DNA of 64,000 nt from the human T2T-CHM13v2.0 reference genome, Homo sapiens (GCF_009914755.1 NC_060929.1); one strand, 5' to 3'; positions 1 to 14,324 are shown, counted from the stretch's first letter. Made by a program: numbers and translations. Notes: generated from the letters alone by a model not told the origin.

Positions 1-1
1 C

Positions 2-48
2 AGAGAGAGAGAGAGAGAGAGAGAGAGTGTGTGTGTGTGTGTGTGTGT
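2..48. repeat. Compound (AG)n(GT)n microsatellite
   Basis: Directly visible; it starts at the window edge. Confidence 0.97.
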
Positions 49-987
49 AGAAAAAGAATAAATTATAAGGCAAATGTGATAAAATTTTAAAAATTGGTCA
101 ATAAGTATAAAGTTTTTTTCAAAATATACATAATGACTAAGAATTGTGAAATACATTGAATAAAATGCAGTTTTATCCAATAAAAACATATTTCGTGATT
201 AAACATGTATTTAATCATTGTTTATAAATGTATGTACAGTTATAAGGATTTTACACATAGGATTTTATACATGGGATTTTAAAAATCAAGTTTATGATTA
301 TTTTTGCTCTGAATACAGAGCATACAACTTTATGTTTAAGCTTATTTATTTAAAAATTGTTGATTATATAATTCATACTATAATCTATAAAAATCATTTC
401 TCCTTCATTCTAGTTTCTAAACCAATATAAAATCAAGGAAAAGAAAGCAAATTAGCAACAGGAATGAAAAATACTATTTTAATCATTTTTAAAATCTCCT
501 TTATTCCCCAAACACAGTGTGCATGAAGATAGGCTGCCAAGTCCAGTGAATATTAGATCAGACAGAATGGATATCAGAGCACCCAAACCCCAGCCAGATC
601 TTGCATAGCACAGCATTTCCGAATTAGGAAACACAGACTGGGAGGTAAAAACACCATGCTTGAAACCCAATTGCACTGACCCTGGGAGCTTCCCTGAATG
701 ACATTTGAAATCATGGAACAGCAGATGAATTATTCCCAGAGGAGACCAACAGGCTTGCTTTGCAAGTTGCAACCTATTAAGGACAGACTTATGTAAAACA
801 CTGTTGTCAGCAAATTGCTACAATGTACCCACACATGCACATAACACATGCACACAAACACATATACCTATACAGGCACACATGCACATCTTGACACAAG
901 GGCTTCAGAGTAAGTCACAGTAATGGCTTAATAACCTGAATTACTGGCCCTTTTCTAAATTATTTTGCCACAAATAGATGGTTCAAG

Positions 988-1023
988 AAGACATATACGC
1001 ACATAAAGACATATACGCACATA
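988..1023. repeat. 18-bp tandem duplication AAGACATATACGCACATA x2
   Basis: Two exact adjacent copies, 988-1005 and 1006-1023. Confidence 0.9.
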
Positions 1024-1099
1024 TAAATTAGATCAGCATTCCAAATATGGATAAAATATGTGGTAAAGAATATTTAAAATAAACCTAGAACATAAGAAA

Positions 1100-2690
1100 C
1101 ATGTTTTGCTATGAGTAGGTAAACATGGTAATTAAAGGGTACTCAAAAACATGCATTAAAAAATCTCGAAAGAGTGTGCACTACATATCTAGATGTTGAG
1201 TCCAAATTATAAGGATTATTGAACAAAGGTTAATACAAGAGAATAAAAATTAAATTCGCTGATCTAAAAAATGATGTAAAATGAATAATAAAGTCATAAC
1301 ATAAATAAATGCCACAGAGGAAGAGTCAAAATTGAGTAACAAATGAAAACCTGACACAGTGAATGTGACATTGTAAATCTAAGAAGAAAAGTAATCGGCT
1401 ATCTCTGTGCTCCAAAAGAAATTATTCAAGTATAAGTTTGAGCCAAAGGGGAAAAAGTACATATTTTAAAAATAATTATCTGTGTAAATAAAAATATTTT
1501 ATAAAGTAAATTATATTTAAATAAACATCAAGTTATCAAAATGTTGAAATACTTTAAAATTAACTCTGAAACTGAATGTAGTTCGCATGCCAATCCTAGC
1601 ACATTTATTAGTACAATAGTCTTAAATTTTTTAATCACACAGCAAAACTATATGCTACATGCCAAAGTTACACCTAAAACAAAAATCTTTGAAATAATTG
1701 AAAATTTAAAAAAATGGAAATATCAATAGCAAACAAATACAATACTAATGGATGATAATATTAACAACAGGAACTTTAAATTCTAAGGAAAGTCATTAAA
1801 CGACAAAGGAAATGGCCCTATAATTGTTGAAATCCACAAGAAATATCCTATAGTCAGGAATATGCTTGTATTAAATAACAGCATAAACATTTGTAAAGCA
1901 AAGACTACAGAGGATATAAGAAAAATTATGCTTCAGCTTTTATTGGCTAATGCTAATGCAAAGAAAGTATTCAGTAATAATTTAGGGAATCTAGTCAATA
2001 TAATAAATTAACAAGATGTCATTGCTATGTATCAAGGACTTTACATAGGAAGCACCTCTTTTCCAAATGCACATGCAATAATCACACTTAAAATATATTA
2101 TATATTAATAATAATGAAAAGGAAAGGAAATGTTGTGATAAATACAATGACTAGATAAAAACAATTAGTATACTAATCTTTTAAAAAATATTTAAGAAGC
2201 ACACACACACCCCCACCGCCCACAGAAATGCTAAAGTATAAAAGTGTATTTCTCCAAAGATAATCTTTACACAAAGACAAGATAAAAATTGAAAGTGCAG
2301 ACTATTTTGAAAATAGCAGTCATTAAATTACTATATATCAGAATATCTGTGAACAGATAATAAGAGAAAAATATACAGACATAAATGTTTTTATTAATGA
2401 CTTAATAATACTGAATGAAATAAGATTCTAAAACTAGAATTTCTCAGTTACAAAAATTAAAAACTATAAAAAGAATAGGTTTGTAAAAGTCAAATGATAG
2501 GTTAATGAAGAAAATATTATGGAAAAACTATAATAAGCAATATTTGGAAAAGAACAAAGGAACAGTAAAACAACTCTAACAAAATCTAGATTAGAAGGGA
2601 AGAAAAATAATACAAAATACGAAAATAAGAAGATGGTGGTGGTAAAATAATCAAGTTTATAAAGTGGACAAAAGAACAAAGGGAAAGTTT
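1100..2690 (+). mobile_element. Ancient degenerate L1M fragment (ORF1 end / ORF2 endonuclease region)
   Basis: Strong A-rich strand bias and residual similarity to the L1 ORF2 5' region around 1680-2400; no open frame; boundaries approximate. Confidence 0.5.
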
Positions 2691-2699
2691 TCACTTTTC

Positions 2700-3260
2700 C
2701 ACTCTGCTCCACTTTGCAGCGACTGCGTTGCATCCTTAAAAAGGCTTACACAAACACATCAGACTCTACATGTTGTTTGCTCGTTTCTTTTCAGTTAACA
2801 AAATATAGTCAACATAATTTTATGTCTACATGTACAGACACTTTTATTCCTTCTTTGCATCTGAGTATTTTAGCATGTGAACATAAAATGATTCATTTAA
2901 CACTTTCTCAATGACTATTTTGGTTTTTCTTGTTTTTTTCACAATTATAAAATATGCAGAAATGATCATCTCTGTTTACATCTTCCTGTGTAAATATTTC
3001 TGTAAGATAGCTAGCCAGAAGATGAATCATGAGATAGACAGTAACACATGTTGAAATTTTGTTTTCTCCATTATTTAATTCAAACTGTATATTCTGTAGG
3101 AGTATATGAGGATGCCAAATTCCCTAAAGCCAATAGTGTAAATTACCAATAGTTTAAATTCTTGTAATCTGAATATCATAAACATGTCATTTTTTAAATT
3201 TGCATTTACCTGATTACCAATTATGTTAAATATTATATATGCAAAATGTGTAAGGATATA
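2700..3260 (-). mobile_element. Ancient L1ME-like 3' region fragment
   Basis: Degenerate antisense L1 3' phrases such as tttgcatttacctgattaccaattatgttaaat. Confidence 0.45.
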
Positions 3261-5309
3261 TGATATATAATATGGCAAGAGAAAAGAATATAAATCGACA
3301 TTATGTGCAAACTAATACAGAGTGCAACTTTGCAAAATTTGGACAAAGCTTTATCACAAAATTCAGTAAAGACATCATAATACAAATTTTATTTTAGCTA
3401 CAGTTTGAAGAAACTATTTGCAGTTTTGTAGGAGAGAAGAGTGTAGGAAAGTTAACTCTAGATGTTTTGGGGAAAAGGAATGACTCTAATGTTAAAATTG
3501 TATTACATATTTTCCATTTTACCAACATGGCTTTATATTGCTAGTTCCCTGAACCTAAAATGCTGATATTGTTACGTTTCAAAATTGAAAACTGTAAAAT
3601 CTTTTAAAGTAACTTATTACTTTTGTGATATATATTTTTACAGAAGTAAAATAATTAGGAATGCTTGGGGATTTCTATCTGATATTACAATCCCTTCTAT
3701 TATTTTTTGTTAATTTGATGATTTTGAAAATTGTTTTATCCTTTGGCATACAAATTTGAGGTCAGCTAATTAAAGACTTTAACAATTAATCTGTATTAAA
3801 GAAGGAATTGTATAACCATTTCAAAATTAGCTTCACAATACATTTGGAAAACTTTATCACATAAGAGGTCAATCTCAACCAAATTTTGATTCAACACTTC
3901 ACGTCAAATATGCATTTTAATTAGGGTATATTTTGAAATTTGAATTGAATGTTTTTTATTAATTTTAACCATATGTATCAATAAAAACAGTAAGAAACAT
4001 TTTGCATATAAATTATACACAGGAGAAAACAAAAAATTGTTACATGTTTTTTTCCCTTAAAATTAAACTAATGTAAGTTTTCATATATTTAATGTTATTA
4101 ATTCCAACATTCCAAAAGAGGTTTTTGTATTGGTATGCTATGAGTGCCTTTATGTATTCAGAAATCTATACCTAGTAGGTCATCAGGAAAAATTATAATA
4201 CCCATATAATAAACAGTCACATAAATGACATGAACAATACCATTGAGTTATATATTAGACATTATTATTTTGTTATGTTGACTTTCTTAAGACTTATTCC
4301 ATGATTATGGAAAATAATGCTACAATGTAAATTCATTTCTATAATTGATAAACATATACACTTTATGGACTTTTAGATTATCACAGTTTTTCTACAGAGA
4401 GTTGTTTCATATCTATTAGAAAATCCATTAAAGCCGTAATCAACTCTCTTTAAGTAAACATAACAAAAATAGAATATTTATAGTCATTATGACACGTTAT
4501 AAGATATACTTTGAAAAGACATAACATTGTTTTCTGTCAGGTTCTACCTATTAGTTTTCTGTTTTTAGATCTTAATGTCAGACCGTGCTAGTATCAAAAA
4601 TAAACCTTTATCAGTAAATATAATAGTAGTAACACATGGTTATAATATTATGATGCCTTAGATATTAGTAGAAGTCTCAGACTCACTGTCCTTTGGTAAT
4701 TCAACAGCAGACTCTAGTTTATTTTTTTAATTAAAGCTAATAGATCTATTTTCCAAAATGACCATTTGCTATGCAGTGTTTCCAAATTGGAAGGGTAAGT
4801 CTAGGTTTCAGTTTGACATCAGGAGATGTTGAAAAATTTATCCTTTTATTGAAATGTAATACATTCCAGCTAATGAACACAAATTTTCTTATTACTTAAA
4901 TTCACTAGACAAAGGAAGAACCATGTTGCAGACACTTGGATATATTCTGCATTCACCGGCAAAGCAAATAAGCCACAGTAATTATAGAGATGCCATGAAC
5001 ACATGATTACAAATTACAAAACCTTCTAATATGCAAGTATTTATTTGAAACATTTCAATGAAGAACTCTTTAGATAGGTGGTGATAAACATTCCAGTTTT
5101 CAAATTACACAAAGCTAACTAAACGGGTAAGCTTTTCTTTTTTACCCTGTCCAGGTCCTTTTAATTTTAAATAGATTAGAAGGAAAAAAAGAAAGAGGAA
5201 TATGCATAAGTTAAACATATTTTCAGGGAGAGAGCAGGAACTTAAGGGACCTTTAGTTCACATGTTATGTATTTCTCCAATTATTACATTTTCGATACCA
5301 AGGATGCAT

Positions 5310-5604
<295 letters not shown>

Positions 5605-7127
5605 AGGATGCATTATTTTTAATTTTGAAAAAAAAGTAATTATAAAAAGATAAATAAAACAAAGTATTTTCATTTGCTTTTGTAATCAATAATTAAAACT
5701 TTGATATCAAAAGCTGTGCATAACTTTTTACATAATCCAGTCTAAGTTCTCCTACATGGAGAATCATTTATAATGCATGCTTGTAAGTCACTCATATATC
5801 ATTTGATGAGTTTTATAAACAGTACTGACTTTCTGCGGAGGTAGTCCATTGTTAGGCATGTCTCCTACTTTCAACATATTTTCCAATGTGTTGCCTAAAT
5901 GTGCTTCTCATTGATTTTAAGTTTTATTCTTCCCTAGGACTAACCTTCAAGTTCATATTGAGAGACATCATGGGAAAATTAATAAACATCATTTTCTCTG
6001 AATAAATTTATTCCATGTTTGATTTATTAGTTGCATTTAATTATAGAACCCGTTATCATTCTGGATTTCTTCCAATATAGTTTATAAACATCTATTATAA
6101 GATACATTACTTCAAATTTTATAAAATACTCTACTTGTGATTTGACAAGTAGGGTATTCTTCAATTTTCATGTATAAAAATGTCTCTTTTTCTGTAAGCA
6201 ATTACAAGACTAATAAGAGCAAATGCTGTGAAGTAACTGAAAATATCATCTCTCTGTAATACTGTATTCTGTTAGCAGTTGATTGTTTTGGAGGCAACTA
6301 TTGAAAAGAAGATGCATCTGTTACCTTCAATCTCGCTCAAGATCTGACTTTGAACATTTTAATATATCTTTGTCTTTTAAGGGGAAGAAAGCATTTATTA
6401 GTGGAGATGGATACTTTACAACAGGAGGAAATGAATATAGGCTAATTGTAATCAAGGATATCTGATTAGAAGAGAAAGGGTCATTTTTTTATCATAAATT
6501 TTCATATTTTTCTAAAATGTGAATCAAATCAGTGCATGTTCACTAGTGGAAGCAAGAAATCTATAAAGTAAATGTCATTGTTAAAGTATTCAGTACAAAG
6601 TCTGGAATGTAGTAAGTGGCTCAAAATGGGGTTAACTATGTATGACGCAAGGGTTTTGTGTCTGGGTTCCAGAGATTGCCCTAAGGTGTTCATAGATAGA
6701 ATTTTGGATAACTTTACATTAAAACAGGAAAAAAATACAGTTTTATTTTCATTAATTTCTAACTGAATTTTAGCATTTACTTTAAGTTGAAATGCAAGTG
6801 AGAACTCACATTAGTATCAGTATTAACTATTAATCGCCACCAGTAGAATCACAGACTTTTAGATCACGTGATTTATTGTATCTCAAAATATCAGGTATGC
6901 ACACCACTCCTTTTAAAATGTAGTACTTTGTTTCAGCGCGATAATAAAGTAGTACAGATATCTATACAGCCCAATTTAAAAAGTAATATTTTGGTAACTG
7001 TGAAACTGGTTTCCTTGAAACACTACATGTAATTTTTAAAATTTTGTGCATTTATTTGAGTAAGGTCCATGGCTTCACTAGACTTTAGAGTACCAATGCC
7101 ACATAAAGTTTAAAAATCCTTCTTGTG

Positions 7128-7427
7128 GGCTGGACATGGTGGCTCACGCCTGTAATCCCAGCACTTTGGGAAGCAGAGGCAGGCAGATCACGAAGTCAGG
7201 AGATCAAGACCATCCTGGCTAACACTGTGAAACCCTGTCTCTACTAAAAAAAAATACAAAAAATTAGCCGGGAGTGGTGGCAGGCGCCTGTGGTCCCAGC
7301 TACTCGGGAGGCTGAGGCAGGAGAATGGCGTGAACCCAGAAGGCGGAGCTTGCATTGAGATGGCGAGACTGCACTCCAGCCTGGGCAGCAGACCGAGACT
7401 CCGTCTCAAAAAAATGAAAAAAAAAAA
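7128..7427 (+). mobile_element. AluY
   Basis: Contains gagaatggcgtgaaccc..ggcggagcttgca; poly(A) tail; 16-bp TSD AAAAATCCTTCTTGTG at 7112-7127 and 7428-7443. Confidence 0.95.
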
Positions 7428-7644
7428 AAAAATCCTTCTTGTGAAGTATTTAGCACCAAGTATACAACCAATAAATATAGGTCCAAATCCTACATATCAC
7501 CTAATACTTAGTCAAAATGTCGTATTTTCCGTAATACTTACTCTGACGCAAATTTCTCTCCTTGGAACTTCAAAATATTTTAGAAAGAGTGATAGAGAGA
7601 AGAATGCCTAATATCTACTCGCAATCTTAAAAAGACAAAAAAAG

Positions 7645-8560
7645 ACTTTATTTTTTAGAAAAGTTTTTGGTTCACAGCAAAATTGAGCAGAAAATACAGA
7701 ATTTCCCATATATGCCCTGCCCCCACTCAAGCACAATCTCCTCCACTGTCAGCTTCCCTCACTAGAATGGTGCATGTGTTACAATCTATGAACCCAAATT
7801 GACACATCACCCAAAGCCCATAGTTTAGGGTAGGGTTTACTCTTTGTGTTGTGCATACTCTGAGTTTTGACAAAGGTATAGTAATGTCTACTCACTATTA
7901 CAGTATCACAGAGAATAATTTTACTGCCCTAAAAATCCTCTGTGCTCCACCTTTCCATCCCTCCCTCCCATCTAAACCCTGAAAAATCTTGATCTTTTTA
8001 ATGTCTGTATAGTTTTGCCTTTTCCAGAATGTCCTATGTTGGAATCATACAGTATGTAGCGTTTCCAGATTAGCTTCTTTTATTTAGTAATATACATCTA
8101 AGATTCTTCCATGTCTACTCATGGTTTGATAGCTCATGTCTTTTTAGTGATTAATAATATTTCATCGTCTGGATGTACTACAGTTTATCCATTTGCTTAC
8201 TAAAGGACACGCTGGTTGCTTCTAACTTTTGGCAAGTATAAATGAAGCTTACACACACATCTGTATGCAGCTTTTTGTGTAGAAATAATTTTTCAGTTCC
8301 TTTGGGAAATACCAGCTAGTATTATTGGTGGATCATATTACAAGAGTCCATTTAGTTTTGTAATAAAACACTAAGGCATTTTCCAAAGTGATTGCACTAT
8401 TTTGCATTCCCATCAGCAATGCATGAGAGTTTCTTTGGTTCTACATTCTCACCAGCCCTTTCTACTGTCAGTGTTTTGAATTTTGGCCGTTCTGGTAGGT
8501 GGAATTCAATCTCATCATTGTTTGAATTTACAATTCCCTCATGGCATATCATGTTGAGCA
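7645..8560 (-). mobile_element. L1MC-like (L1MC1/2) 3' end, first part
   Basis: ggttcacagcaaaattgagcagaaaatacagaatttcccata.. matches the recalled L1MC 3' UTR antisense; interrupted at 8560 and resumes near 9433. Confidence 0.8.
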
Positions 8561-8573
8561 TTTTTTTTTTTTT

Positions 8574-8632
8574 ACAATCTATCTCCTTTTATTGTGCTAT
8601 GCTTTATTGCACTTCTTAGATATTGCATTTTT
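8574..8632 (+). mobile_element. Tigger1 terminal fragment (~59 bp)
   Basis: acaatctatctccttttattgtgctatgctttattgcacttcttagatattgcattttt resembles the recalled Tigger1 end CAGGCATACCTCGTTTTATTGCGCTTCGCTTTATTGCGCTTCGCAGATACTGCGTTTTTT, with CpG decay. Confidence 0.7.
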
Positions 8633-9433
8633 ACTTTAAGTTCTGGGGTACATGTGCAGATGTGCAGGTATGTTACATAGTTAACACATGCCATGGCGGT
8701 TTGCTGCACCTATCAACTCATCACCTAGGTATTAAGCCTGGTGTGCATTAGCTGTTTTTCCTGATGCTTTTCTTTCCCCCACCCTCCCTTGACAGGCCCC
8801 AGTGTGTGTTGTTCCCCTCCCTGTGTCCAACATGGGTTCTCATTGTTCAGTTCTTATTTATAAGTAAGAATATGCTGTGTTTGGTTTTCTGTTCCTGTGT
8901 TAGTTTGCTGAGGATAATGGCTTCTAGCTTCATCCATGTCCCTGCAAAGGACATGATCTTGTTCCTTTTTATGGCTACGTAGTACTCCATGGTGTATATG
9001 TATCACATTTTCTTTCTCTAGTCTATCATTGATGAGCATTTGGGTTGATTCCATGTCTTTGCTATTGTGAATAGTGCTTCAATGAACATACATCTAACAG
9101 AATGATTTATAATCCTTTGGGTATACACCCAGTATTGGGATTGCTGGGTCAAATGGTATTTCTAGTTCTAAATCTTTGAGGAATTACCACACTGTCTTCC
9201 ACAATGGATGAACTAATTTACATTTCCAGTAACAGAGTAAAAGTGTTCCTATCTCTCCACAACCTCGCCAGCATCTTGTTGTTTTTTGACATTTTAATAA
9301 TCACCATTCTGACTGGCATGAGATGGTAACTCATTGTGGTTTTGACTTGCATTTCTCTAATGATCAGTGATGTTGATCTTTTTTTTCATATGTTTGTTAG
9401 CTGCATTTATGTCTTCTTTTGACAAGTGTCTGT
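8633..9433 (-). mobile_element. 5'-truncated L1PA (L1PA8-L1PA11 range) nested in L1MC
   Basis: Antisense 3' UTR tttaagttctggggtacatgtgcag..gctgcacctatcaactcatcacctaggtattaagcc, followed by ORF2 C-terminal sequence. Confidence 0.88.
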
Positions 9434-9830
9434 TTTCATATGCTTATTTGTCATCTGTAAATCTTTGATGGGTGCACGTTCAGGTCTTTGCTTATTTTTA
9501 AATTGAGTGTTCATTTTCTTATTGTTGAGTTTTAAGCATTCTTTGTATATTTTGAATGAGTCCTTTATAAGATATGTCTTTTGCAAGTATCTTCTCCCAG
9601 TGTGTGGCTTCTCATCTCATTCTCTTGACGGTGTTTTCCAAAGAGCAGTTTTTATTTCTAATTAAGTAGAGCTTATCAGCCACTTCTTCCACAGACCATG
9701 CCTTTGGTGTTCTATCTAAAAAGTCATTGCCAAACACAGGATCATCTAGATTGTTTTTCTATGTTATCTTTTCAAAGTTTTATGGTTTTGCATTTAGGTT
9801 TTGATCCATTTTGAGTTCATTTTTATGCAG
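9434..9830 (-). mobile_element. L1MC-like element, second part
   Basis: ttcatatgcttatttgtcatctg continues the phrase atgttgagcat that breaks off at 8560. Confidence 0.75.
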
Positions 9831-9927
9831 GCTTTCAGCCTTTTTGAAATAGTTGCTATACTTTTTCTTTCTGCCAATCACATTTTTCAGCAAGTTTTGA
9901 ATACCTAATAAATGTACTAGTAGGTAA

Positions 9928-10429
<502 letters not shown>

Positions 10430-11749
10430 TAAACATGGACTCTATTATTGTGTGAATGTGGCTAAATCTAGTCTATCAGAATTAACTTTTTTGTCTTTTC
10501 GATTGCATTTTTAAATAACAAGCCAAAAAGACTTTCAGTGCTTCTAGACTACTGCCATATATAAACACTTAAAAGAAAAGCAGGTTGAAGTAGATACAGT
10601 GAATATTTTCCTGGATACATCAGATTTAAGTGACAGAGATTCATTGATAAGAATAATTTGAAAGAAACACTGTTAATTTATCATGAGCGATTGATTCTCC
10701 TACCTGATGCACAGTTTCACACAGTTACACACACCCACATATTTGGGTTTAAATAATAAATGTGCCCCCAAACCTATAGTCCTTTTAGAATATATTCCTG
10801 CACCTTATTGATCTTCACTGGTTTTCTTCTTCATATATCATATATTAAATAATTTCTTAGTTTCCTTGAATTTGGTACGTATATCTATTTTCCTTATACT
10901 TACTTTCCTGTCATTCCTATAAAAGAAGAGTAAGATACAGTTATTACTCTACCACTTTAAAACTGGAAGTTAATGATAGTGGAGCAATCTTTGTTATTTT
11001 AGAAACATGCACAAAATTTCTGTAATCTTTGACTATCTTAATTGCATGTATTATTAAGGTAATAGGTTTCCCATATATTTTAATAATATGTATTTAAATC
11101 AAGAGTTTATCCTCAAATATATAATCAAATTATAGTAGGGCAAAATATACCAGTGGTGGATTCTGTAGATTTTGTAGATCTTGCTCTCCAAAATAAGTGG
11201 CAAAACCTGAGGGGAAGAGCTTACTTAACCTGCTTGCAGCCAGCGGTATTCTTGACCAGGTCTGCCATGATGGAAGAGAAAGTGTGTGCTGAATAAGGGA
11301 ATACATCTGATCTCTAATTAGATCCATATTTAAGCACATCTCAAAAGAAAAAAATCATAAAGTCAAATATGAAAAGGAAAAGCTTTCACAAACAAGAATT
11401 GTAAGGTTTTGCTAATTTGTATTTGCCAAAAACAAAAACAAAACATAGGTAATATATATGGAAGTTGATTCTGTGAGAGAAGAGGAAGGGAGAAAAATCT
11501 GGATTCTGCTGAATTTATCACTGAGAATCCACACACCAGAGATTATAAATTAATTGTGCTTGCTTAATAAACTGTATATAGTATTATTTCTTAGGTTAGT
11601 TCTCTAAAATCTAGACTTAACATTTCACTCACTAAATCAAGTTAAAATGATAGAAATTCAGTGAAATAATATAGATAAAAGTATTAGAATAATGCATTAG
11701 AAGAACATCCAATGAAAACGTTGCACATAACTAATTACTTGTAACTCAC

Positions 11750-12610
11750 TTGCCCACCACCCATATTTTTCCAGTTTTAGGGTCCCAGAGTTCCTTCTTT
11801 CAATGAAGAATTGAAGAATACTTTGGGGAAGGGAGAACCAGTATATCTGAAAGGTTATCGTGGCAGTTATTCTGTTTTCAACTAGAAATTTGGTTTGGAT
11901 ATACTGGCTTTGAAATGGGCTCTTATTTTAATGAGGATAATTGTAGTCTAAGGTGGAAGAGGTCAAGTTGCAACAGTGCCTGCCAGAGAAAACATGAGTG
12001 ATAATGGTCATTATGATAGGCACAAGGTCTAAACTGCTAATTAGAGCAACCTAACCCACAGTGGCCTTTGACAATAGCAAATACATTGTCGGGTCCTTGG
12101 AAGAAAATAAATGATCTGTCATACACAGTCCTGCTTAATGACTATTAGACAATAAAGATATCTAGGTCTGGTGAATTAAAATCTAACTTGAGACTTGACT
12201 GTCCAAAATAAAGATTTATTGGATTTAAATAAACTCCTATACTTCCATCAGTTGCAAATCCCAGAGCTCATTGAATAAAAGTGAAGAAAAATGGCAGATG
12301 AATTTCATAATACATTACAAGAATGTGCCCAACTAAATTTCCCCAAGATTACCAGCAGCCAATACTCTATATTGGGCAACTGTAAAGAAATAAAGGAAAA
12401 AGTACAATTTTCATAGGAATTATTGGACACTGGGCCCAAGTTAATGCTCTTACCTGAAATCAAAATATTTTGATCAGGGTGGGCTTCTGAACATCAAGTA
12501 ATAAAGTTTTTACTCACTTAAATCTTCTAGTGTCCCCAGTCAGTTCACAAATGCATTTTAAACTTATCTCCCTCCCTGGTTATAAGGTGTACACTGATAG
12601 CAGTAATATT
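11750..12610 (+). mobile_element. Degenerate ERVL-class internal segment (gag end / protease)
   Basis: 12420-12458 translates LLDTGPKLMLLPE, resembling the ERVL aspartic protease site LLDTGSELTLIP; surrounding frames are broken. Confidence 0.6.
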
Positions 12611-12619
12611 CAGTACCAG

Positions 12620-13310
12620 ACACCTAATCTAGGTCTATGAGAATTTGCTTGCCAGTATCTATTAAAAAAAAAAAAACCTGTTGAGGTTTTTTATCAAGAC
12701 TACCATAAATCTATAGATCAATTTGAGGAAAATAGACATCTTGACAGCACTGTGTCTCCCAACCCATGACATGGCATTTTGTGCCATTTATGTTTATCTT
12801 TAGTTCCTCTCAGTAAATTTCAATAGTTTTGTATATACAGATCTTGCACATATTTTAATAAATGTACCCCTAAATATTTTGAGAATTTTTGCTCTAATAT
12901 AATTGTATTTCTTTTTTCAATTATTTATTGTTGTTATATAACATTACATATGATTATTGTATATTAACACCATGGTCTGCACTAGCTAGGATCATTAGTA
13001 CAATGGTATATAGAAGAAATATGTATGGACATCCTTTCCTTTTTCAGATGCTGCTGGAAAAACATTTAGTCCTGAACTGTTTGTTTAAGCATAATTTTTG
13101 TTTGGTGTTGGCATAGATTTTCTTTATTTTAAGCCATTTTGAATAAGTTCTAATGTATCTCTATTTTTCTGAGATGTTTTATTATAAATTTGTATTATGA
13201 GAATATTTTTCTGAGTTAAGATATATGATCTTAATTATGTTAATAAATTGAATAACAAATATTAAACCAACCTTATATTTATGAAATAAATCTGTTTGGC
13301 AAGCTTTACT
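12620..13310 (-). mobile_element. Ancient L1M ORF2 fragment
   Basis: aaatctatagatcaatttgaggaaaatagacatcttgaca is a typical antisense L1M ORF2 phrase. Confidence 0.7.
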
Positions 13311-13698
13311 TTTCTCTTTCTTTAAAATGTGCCAACCACCATTGTAAATATGCATTTATATTGATAAAGCAACATATTTTTGTAAGTCTGAATTAACAAA
13401 TGTGATAAAGTATAATAAATTAAAATGTTGGCAAATGTAGAAAATAAGTATACTTATTCTTCCAGAGTGCCAATTCTAGTCCGAAAAGAGATAATTAATA
13501 ATATCAATGCCAATTGATCCTTGAGCTTGTTTATTCAAAAAACAAACAAAATAACTCCACAGTGATTGGATTAAAGCAAGTGCTATACTCCTCCAAATTA
13601 GAGAAATGTAACCACTGTGGATATTTTAAACACATTGAATGATACTTCATAATTATAAGCAATGGGATTTATATAAGAAGACAAAATTTAAGTGTCAA

Positions 13699-13831
13699 CC
13701 CATTTATGCCTAGTGTTCCATTATTGGAACGCTAAGCTTCTGGGAGTTATTTATATCCTACTGCTGAAGGTCATCAACAAGGTCTGATTTTCCACACAAA
13801 AAAAAAACTTGCAGCCTCTGGCATAAATGGG
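13699..13831 (+). mobile_element. MER85, non-autonomous piggyBac (PGBD3-derived) element
   Basis: Perfect 12-bp TIRs CCCATTTATGCC / GGCATAAATGGG; flanks TCAA (mutated TTAA) and TTAA; internal palindrome GTTCCATTATTGGAAC at 13715-13730; length 133 bp. Confidence 0.93.
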
Positions 13832-14324
13832 TTAATAGAGTTCAAAAGACATACGTACCAATATATGATGTGCAAGATATTTTATTGCACACATCGGGAA
13901 AAAACAGAATGGTCTCAAACTCTTTAAAAATATCTATTATTTTTATTTTCTCATATTATACATAATATCTGGCCCATATGTTCACTAAGTATAAGAGACA
14001 TATTTGAATGAGATGACTTAAAATGTAGACTTGTTGGTGTACCTGAAAATCACTTTGGATTTCACTTAAAGTACAGTTAAAATATTGTTTACTTTAATAC
14101 AGAATAGTGTGACACATTGATTTAAATATTCTTTAGTATCAAATATGACCATAAACTTATTGATGGGAATTTTGGTCCAGGTGTCTGAATGCTGATTATT
14201 TTTCCACAGCACCTAATTTTATTTTTGTAGATATAAGAAATTATGCCCAAAAAACAAAAAGATCACGCTGGAAAACCTGTCAATACAATAGCAATGAGAC
14301 CTAACATATATGAGAACTTTTAGA

